A stretch of DNA of 62,434 nucleotides from a virus (taxonomy: Duplodnaviria; Caudoviricetes). Below the pieces are notes generated by a model. The model did no database searches. It was not told the origin of the DNA and saw only the letters and a program-made list of their open reading frames with translations. The DNA lies in IMG/VR virus record IMGVR_UViG_3300032087_006201, positions 1-62,434 of that record; one strand, written 5' to 3'. Below are positions 57,310 to 62,434 of the stretch, in pieces. The position numbers and the translations under genes are program-made. Position 1 is the first letter of the stretch. The number at the start of each line of letters is the position of its first letter.

Positions 57310-57441
57310 TTATAGCGCGCCGGTAACCAAAAGCGCTAGAACTAGCTCAGCGGCTAGAACAGACCACCAAGCAGCTCGGTGATCACCAGAGACTAGCTCG
57401 CCGGTTACGTGGCGAACTTCATTTTTTAGTTTTGTTAGCAT
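57310..57441 (-). CDS. Small (43-aa) predicted membrane peptide, not in ORF track
   Basis: MLTKLKNEVRHVTGELVSGDHRAAWWSVLAAELVLALLVTGAL; AGGAAGG SD; fills the tRNA-Ala/HNH gap. Confidence 0.6.
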   Translation of the reverse strand: MLTKLKNEVRHVTGELVSGDHRAAWWSVLAAELVLALLVTGAL

Positions 57442-57469
57442 AACATTTTTCCTTCCTGAAAGGACCGAG

Positions 57470-57542
57470 TGGAGACGAGGAGGGTCGAACTCCTGACCTA
57501 CGCACTGCCAGTGCGTTGCTCTACCAACTGAGCTACGTCCCC
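57470..57542 (-). tRNA. tRNA-Ala(GGC), no encoded CCA
   Basis: GGGGACG/CGTCTCC acceptor with G3-U70; ACGCA-CT-GGC-AG-TGCGT. Confidence 0.95.
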
Positions 57543-58631
57543 TTAAAATAGAGATTCTATTAACTCGGTATATCTTTCAATATTTTTTGGATTGTACGGA
57601 CTAAAATCCTCTAGACGCGCACGATCTTTTTGTCTTTTCTCTTTAAAAGTGTCTTTGTGGGTTTCTAGTGCTAATTCCAAAGCCTTAGAGCCCGCATCGA
57701 CATCAAAATAGTCATAATAGTATCCATGATCCTTGAACCACGGGCTGTTATGAACAATTGGCACCCCACAGTATAACATCTCTAATTGGAGATAGTTAAG
57801 CTGATTTTCAAACTGGTGCGAAACACAAGTGCCGACTAAGTTCTTAGACAGCACGAATGGTGTATGGTATCTCTCTTCAAAAGTTAGCTTTCCATCGTGA
57901 TAGATGTCAAAAGATTTTGCAATAGAGCTGAATCTCTTGTTCTCTACTATCTTCTTGGCACTAAACAGATAAGTATGTCTTATCAACTCTGGTTTTTTTC
58001 TATAAAGATTCTCAGCAATCACCATAGGAATCAAGGATGTCTTTACAATATTCAAGTTTGGCTCAAATACTCCAATGTTCCCTACGGTGGTCTTTTCGTT
58101 AAAGTAAGGACTTAGTTTAAGTTCCTTGGCGCGGGCTTCGAATATCTCAGGTCCCCAAATATACGGACAAACTTTCACATCTGTTCTGGAAAGAGTTCTG
58201 AGATAGTCTATTTGGAACTCATAGTGTGGGCTAATCCACATTTGATGACCGGCGCCGGGGGTGTCTGTCGAGGCGCAATCTTTTGGTGCATCTGCAAATA
58301 AAATTGTTTCAATATCAACCAATAGTTTATTTCCGTACCGAATTGATACAAGCTTACCGCCTTGTTGCACATAGTGAGCTGCCATCAACTCATCGATCAT
58401 ATTAACGACTTGAATGATGACGTCATACTTTGTGCAATTAGAAATATTGAGATGCTTTAAGGGAATCCCACCGATGTTGTCAGTCTTGTTATTTTTTAGA
58501 AGACAAACCAAAGAAGGCTCATATCCAGCCTTTTCTAGCAGCTTGTAAAGAAAGTAAGCATTCTGATTGATGCCGTTTGACCAGACAAAGCTATTATCCC
58601 TAGTGGTAATAGCAATCGTTCTTTTTTTCAT
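57543..58631 (-). CDS. DUF2827-like protein (probable GT-B fold)
   Basis: WSNGINQNAYFL, IGVFEPNLNIVKT..IP, VSHQFENQLNYL, PIVHNS....GYYY motifs; ACTAATTA motif at 58651-58658 upstream. Confidence 0.7.
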   Translation of the reverse strand: MKKRTIAITTRDNSFVWSNGINQNAYFLYKLLEKAGYEPSLVCLLKNNKTDNIGGIPLKHLNISNCTKYDVIIQVVNMIDELMAAHYVQQGGKLVSIRYGNKLLVDIETILFADAPKDCASTDTPGAGHQMWISPHYEFQIDYLRTLSRTDVKVCPYIWGPEIFEARAKELKLSPYFNEKTTVGNIGVFEPNLNIVKTSLIPMVIAENLYRKKPELIRHTYLFSAKKIVENKRFSSIAKSFDIYHDGKLTFEERYHTPFVLSKNLVGTCVSHQFENQLNYLQLEMLYCGVPIVHNSPWFKDHGYYYDYFDVDAGSKALELALETHKDTFKEKRQKDRARLEDFSPYNPKNIERYTELIESLF

Positions 58632-58673
58632 TTTTACCTCGGGGACGTATTAATTAGTGTGTTTTTTCGAAAA

Positions 58674-58758
58674 CGGAGAAGGAGGGATTCGAACCCTCGG
58701 TAGGTTACCCTACACATGATTTCCAATCATGCACCTTCGGCCTCTCGGTCACCTCTCC
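58674..58758 (-). tRNA. tRNA-Ser(GGA), no encoded CCA
   Basis: GGAGAGG acceptor; CATGA-TT-GGA-AA-TCATG; long variable arm; G discriminator. Confidence 0.94.
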
Positions 58759-59120
58759 TTATTTTCTTCCTCTGAGAAGTAGTTGTCTATCTCATATCTG
58801 TTCCAAAGATCATAAAAATATGAATTAGGAAGTCCTAAAAAGTTCATGCATTCAAGCTTGGTCCTAGTAGCTGAGACAGCATACTTAAAAACGGCTTCAT
58901 GCACTATAAAGGGCATTCCCGACCAAAGCGCAAGACCATACAACCTATTGTCTATGGCTTTTGCTGCCAATTCAAGCTTTAAGCCTATGATCTCTTCGAG
59001 GCTGAGAGCACTTAGCATACTCTCGAATTCTTCTGTTGTCTTCTTATCTCTTCTGAGCTTACGTATTAGGCTATAATGAGATTGTTTCCCGTGAAGTTTC
59101 CTCTTCTTCTGCCACTTCAT
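58749..59120 (-). CDS. Hypothetical protein (possible C-terminal helix-turn-helix)
   Basis: 123-aa ORF; TKLECMNFLGL...FYDLW is loosely Fis-like; stop lies inside tRNA-Ser. Confidence 0.6.
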   Translation of the reverse strand: MKWQKKRKLHGKQSHYSLIRKLRRDKKTTEEFESMLSALSLEEIIGLKLELAAKAIDNRLYGLALWSGMPFIVHEAVFKYAVSATRTKLECMNFLGLPNSYFYDLWNRYEIDNYFSEEENKER

Positions 59121-59379
59121 TAGCCACCCCTAAAATTCCATAACCGGCAATATCTTGCCACGGGCTCTCACCAAACGCCTCCTTGCGATTAGCAATCCTG
59201 AAAAGCTTATCGATTACTCTTGTCATTGCCAGCATATCGCAATACTGATCGGGCTGAACACCATCAGGATAAAGAATTTTTAAAATTTCCTGAGAGCGTT
59301 GGAATGAGCTACCGTATGCTTGGTCCTTTTCCTCTACTAGGCGACCAATGCTTGTTCCTAGGTCCTTGTACGTCTTCAT
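59071..59379 (-). CDS. Nucleotide-modification-associated domain 1 / DUF1599-like protein
   Basis: EKDQAYGSSF...RVIDKLFRI...ESPWQDIAGYGIL pattern. Confidence 0.6.
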   Translation of the reverse strand: MKTYKDLGTSIGRLVEEKDQAYGSSFQRSQEILKILYPDGVQPDQYCDMLAMTRVIDKLFRIANRKEAFGESPWQDIAGYGILGVANEVAEEEETSRETISL

Positions 59380-59437
59380 AGACCCATTATAACTGAAAAA
59401 CTTTTTCTTTTATATATTTTCTTTTTTATATGTTATA

Positions 59438-60262
59438 TTAACCTTCAATTCCTTCTAATAGAGCATCTAAATCAACATATTCTTCTAAGCCAACAGTTCT
59501 CTCTACTTCCTTCTGTTGCTCTTGCTCTTCATATTCTGGTGTTGTAGGCTCTGAGGGTGTTGGGTCTAGTTCTTCTTCAAATTTATCAAAATAAAGCTTG
59601 ACATTTGTGATCAAATAATCATAAAATGTCTCACGGTCTTCATCATCGGGAGAAACAACAGCAAAAGAATCTAAGATATTTTGTTGAATCTTTTTGAAAC
59701 TTTTCAAAGCCATATTTCTTCCTACTAAGTTATACTCTTCGTCTTCCAAACCTTTCGCAAACTCTTCTTCTTCTGTGGAAGGCTCTTCTTCCTCAATCTC
59801 ATCATCATAAATATCGATAAACTCTTCTGGCTTTTCATCACCAACAGCGACACTAATTTCGTTAATTTTCACAAGCAACTCTTCTAGTGCATCTAGCTGT
59901 GGAACTTCTTCAACCTCAGCATTTATTTCCGCTGGTGCCAGAAGGTTTTCAATAGCATTGACGATGTGTGCGCGAAAAGATCTTCTTTGTTCAGGATCTG
60001 TGGTTAGAGACTTGTAATCTTCTTCCAGAACTGGTATGATCTTTCTGAGAAGCTCTTCGAGAACATTAATTGCAGTTGATTGGCTTGGAGATTCAGCGGC
60101 TTCTTCTTTAATAAGCTTTCTTACGATATCACGAAGCGCCTGCTCTTCTAAAAGAGCTTGATTCTTTTCTTCTTCTTTTCTCTTTAAAACAATTTTAATT
60201 GCGTTACGAATGTTTTCGCGTAACAACAACTCCTCAGCCATCTCTTGTCGATCAATAGTCAT
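59438..60262 (-). CDS. Acidic hypothetical protein (possible internal head protein)
   Basis: 274 aa, Glu-rich with repeated L/I-x-E; GGGAG SD; ACTATTTA motif at 60284-60291. Confidence 0.65.
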   Translation of the reverse strand: MTIDRQEMAEELLLRENIRNAIKIVLKRKEEEKNQALLEEQALRDIVRKLIKEEAAESPSQSTAINVLEELLRKIIPVLEEDYKSLTTDPEQRRSFRAHIVNAIENLLAPAEINAEVEEVPQLDALEELLVKINEISVAVGDEKPEEFIDIYDDEIEEEEPSTEEEEFAKGLEDEEYNLVGRNMALKSFKKIQQNILDSFAVVSPDDEDRETFYDYLITNVKLYFDKFEEELDPTPSEPTTPEYEEQEQQKEVERTVGLEEYVDLDALLEGIEG

Positions 60263-60290
60263 TTTGCAACTCCCACATTAATATAAATAG

Positions 60291-62432
60291 TTAGTCAGGA
60301 ATGTATATGCGTCTTCCCTTGCGTTTCTTTTTGTTTGTTTTACGCGGCTTAGCGCCCAATGGTAGGGAATATCCTGCAACAGATCCACCAGCCATAGAAG
60401 AGATTTCTTCAACCTTTTCTTCCTCTTCGTCAATCACCTCTTCGACCATATCAAAAAGATTTTCTAGTGTAATAGGAGCCTTCTTCTTTTCAGCTGTTTT
60501 AGCCGGCTCCTTCTTTTTCTCTTCTATAACTTCCTCAATCATCTTAAAAATGTTCTCCATTGTAAGTTTTCCTGATTTTCTCATCAGGATGTCTTCGATA
60601 TCGTCAATGCGGTCGTGTGCTTCCGGAGGAATGAAGGGCAGTAGCGATCTTCCGCCTTGTTCGATGGCACGACGCATATTCGTAGCACTGAGTGCTTCAC
60701 CGGTCTCTGAATCTACATATGATCCCCCAGCTGGGTCTATGGCGCAATTTGAGCGAATTAAGACACCCTCACGAGCATATTTTTGAACATTCTTGCAGAA
60801 TCTCTCTTCATCGCCACCTTTGGTGCTAACACCCATAATCACTTCATCGCCGGGTTGAGCCCAAAGAGGATTATCATCAGGATTTTCCACAAATTGATAG
60901 GCAGCTAGGACCGGTGAATTAACCGGTGACTTCATAACTTTAATATTATCATATGGCAACTCTTCAAGATATAGATTCCACAGAGCCAGTGATTGGTCTG
61001 CTGTGATACCGCCGCGCTCAACGGGGCTTACAAGAACAATAACCTCGTCAGCCTCGCCGGCGTATTCTGCCACCATTGCAACGTGACCACGATGTGGAGG
61101 TTTAAACGCGCCAGGGACGACTGCTAAGACCCGCGAGGGCACCATGCCGGCTTGCTCATTAATCTCATCCTCCCCGGGCTCTCTAATAGGCGGCACGGAG
61201 CCTCTACCGTATTTAAACAAGCCTAGGAGATGGTTAACTGGCGCAAAGTTTCCTGTAAATTTATAAAGGTTGCCATTGTGTTGGAACACAAATCCCTCAA
61301 CGGCGGTGTCAATCTTATCATGGTGCTTCAGCTTCAAGAGTTGGCGATAAAGCATCTCGTGTGCTTTTTCTGAGCCCTCGCCGGTATACTGCTTGATGTT
61401 GGCAATCGCCGTTTCAACTTCTTTTCGCAATCTTTCGACCTCTGCCTTGTTATCAAGAATGTAAGCACTCTGAAGACCGCTAAGCAACTCTACTGCTAGA
61501 TCGTGGATTGCATCCTCAATAGGAGCAATAACTTTTCGGATTGGGATTATACTGTCCTCTTTTATAAACTTTGATACTTCATTTGCAATATCTTTTGGCA
61601 ACCCTTTTTTGATAGCGACAAGACTTGGGTGCCCTTCTAATTTTAGCACCCGAGCCACGATGCCTTGGCGCTTTTCTTCCGAGAGAACAGAAAACCTTTC
61701 ATTAACAACTTGCGAAACTCTATCGGTTAAAAGATCATTGATGGTCATATCGCCAGTTAGACCAGACTTTTGAATACGAGACAAGGCAATGTTAAGATCA
61801 TGATCATTATCAAGTTTATTAAGCTGCGCAACAGCAGTCCTCGCTAGCTGAAAATCCTCGCCGGCTAGTGCTTCTGTGAATCTATCGACCGCAGCATCTA
61901 AAACTTTTGCGTTTTGCGATACGTCAACAACCTCTAGCGAGTTAGTCTCAGGATTGTATCGCTTATGACCAGCTGGGTGAATGGTGATCATGCTCGGGTC
62001 ATATTTGATTACATTGGCAGGGCGCGGCTCACCCTCTGGCTCTTCAGGCTGAAGCATCCCGAGAATTTCTGTATTATAAAATATTTCCCCGTCCGGACCA
62101 AATAACTTCGCGCGCTCCTCTTCGCTCAAAGACAACATTGCCTTTTCGAAAGCGCGAAAAGAGTCAACATAAACTTGACGGACTTGTGGTCCGCCTTTAT
62201 AATTGCGCGCAGCGACAGCAGCAGCATTCATGCCACCCCTACGCATATCTCCTTTATTACGAGCAGCACGAGCCTCGCCATCCTTAAATCCAAGATAGAT
62301 GTTAAACCCATCCGTTTTTTCAGTGCCGACCAGCTCGCCTTGCGAGGCTTTTGATAAAATATCTGCTATATCATTGTAAGATAAATCTCTATTATCATAC
62401 AGGTGCATTAAGTGTCCAGCAACACCGCCCAT
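60291..62432 (-). CDS. Fusion of ligase-like nucleotidyltransferase domain (DUF6267-like) and HIGH cytidylyltransferase-like domain
   Basis: TEKTDG (KxDG), YNTEI, EGFVF...YKFTG motifs; VPGAFKPPHRGH (HxGH) and SATNMRRAI; start lies at the window edge. Confidence 0.7.
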   Translation of the reverse strand: MGGVAGHLMHLYDNRDLSYNDIADILSKASQGELVGTEKTDGFNIYLGFKDGEARAARNKGDMRRGGMNAAAVAARNYKGGPQVRQVYVDSFRAFEKAMLSLSEEERAKLFGPDGEIFYNTEILGMLQPEEPEGEPRPANVIKYDPSMITIHPAGHKRYNPETNSLEVVDVSQNAKVLDAAVDRFTEALAGEDFQLARTAVAQLNKLDNDHDLNIALSRIQKSGLTGDMTINDLLTDRVSQVVNERFSVLSEEKRQGIVARVLKLEGHPSLVAIKKGLPKDIANEVSKFIKEDSIIPIRKVIAPIEDAIHDLAVELLSGLQSAYILDNKAEVERLRKEVETAIANIKQYTGEGSEKAHEMLYRQLLKLKHHDKIDTAVEGFVFQHNGNLYKFTGNFAPVNHLLGLFKYGRGSVPPIREPGEDEINEQAGMVPSRVLAVVPGAFKPPHRGHVAMVAEYAGEADEVIVLVSPVERGGITADQSLALWNLYLEELPYDNIKVMKSPVNSPVLAAYQFVENPDDNPLWAQPGDEVIMGVSTKGGDEERFCKNVQKYAREGVLIRSNCAIDPAGGSYVDSETGEALSATNMRRAIEQGGRSLLPFIPPEAHDRIDDIEDILMRKSGKLTMENIFKMIEEVIEEKKKEPAKTAEKKKAPITLENLFDMVEEVIDEEEEKVEEISSMAGGSVAGYSLPLGAKPRKTNKKKRKGRRIYIPD

Positions 62433-62434
62433 TT

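Larger units (their letters stand above)
1..62434 (-). mobile_element. Segment of a large (jumbo/T4-like) tailed phage genome
   Basis: Baseplate gp25/gp6-like genes, phage sigma factor, PhoH, tRNA array, very large orphan ORFs, co-oriented dense gene packing, no cellular housekeeping operons or integrase seen. Confidence 0.9.

Noticed and set aside
1018-60786. Numerous plus-strand ORFs in the track
   Set aside because: All lie antisense to longer minus-strand genes with clear motifs and show no recognisable domains; treated as shadow ORFs
1-62434. Stop-codon reassignment as in some large phages
   Set aside because: Genes are full length in code 11; TAG and TGA both end genes at tight junctions (e.g. 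9644, 30386, 40159, 34330); no suppressor tRNA seen

Overview
Segment of a large tailed-phage genome (jumbo/T4-like myophage architecture). Essentially all real genes lie on the minus strand, are tightly packed and use the standard code; the plus-strand ORFs in the track are shadows. In coordinate order: (i) 1-31.6 kb is a tail/baseplate module (gp25-like, gp6/baseplate-J-like, a 2909-aa LamG-containing wedge protein, a gp5-like spike split into an OB-fold+M23 gene and an HxH-tip gene, plus large orphans); (ii) 31.6-33.3 kb holds a phage sigma factor and an FmdB zinc-ribbon gene; (iii) 33.4-47.2 kb is a 14-gene nucleotide-sugar/glycosyltransferase operon (gmd, fcl, B12-radical SAM, RmlB-like, RfbH/E1, SDR, split transketolase, six GT-like genes); (iv) 47-54 kb holds a Cas4-like nuclease, an HExxH protein, PIN-PhoH and an Ala-rich coiled-coil fibre gene; (v) 53.7-58.8 kb is a nine-tRNA region interleaved with a SPOUT methyltransferase, thermonuclease, ClpP, HNH and DUF2827-like genes; (vi) the window ends with a ligase-like/HIGH-nucleotidyltransferase fusion. 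The most striking unexplained signal is a strong enrichment of the tripeptide [S/T]-[G/A/S]-S in a subset of predicted virion proteins. Together with the adjacent sugar operon this suggests a phage-encoded, sequon-directed virion O-glycosylation system using unusual (3,6-dideoxy, branched, methylated) sugars. That is inference and is untested. Family calls come from motif recognition by eye, not from database searches.
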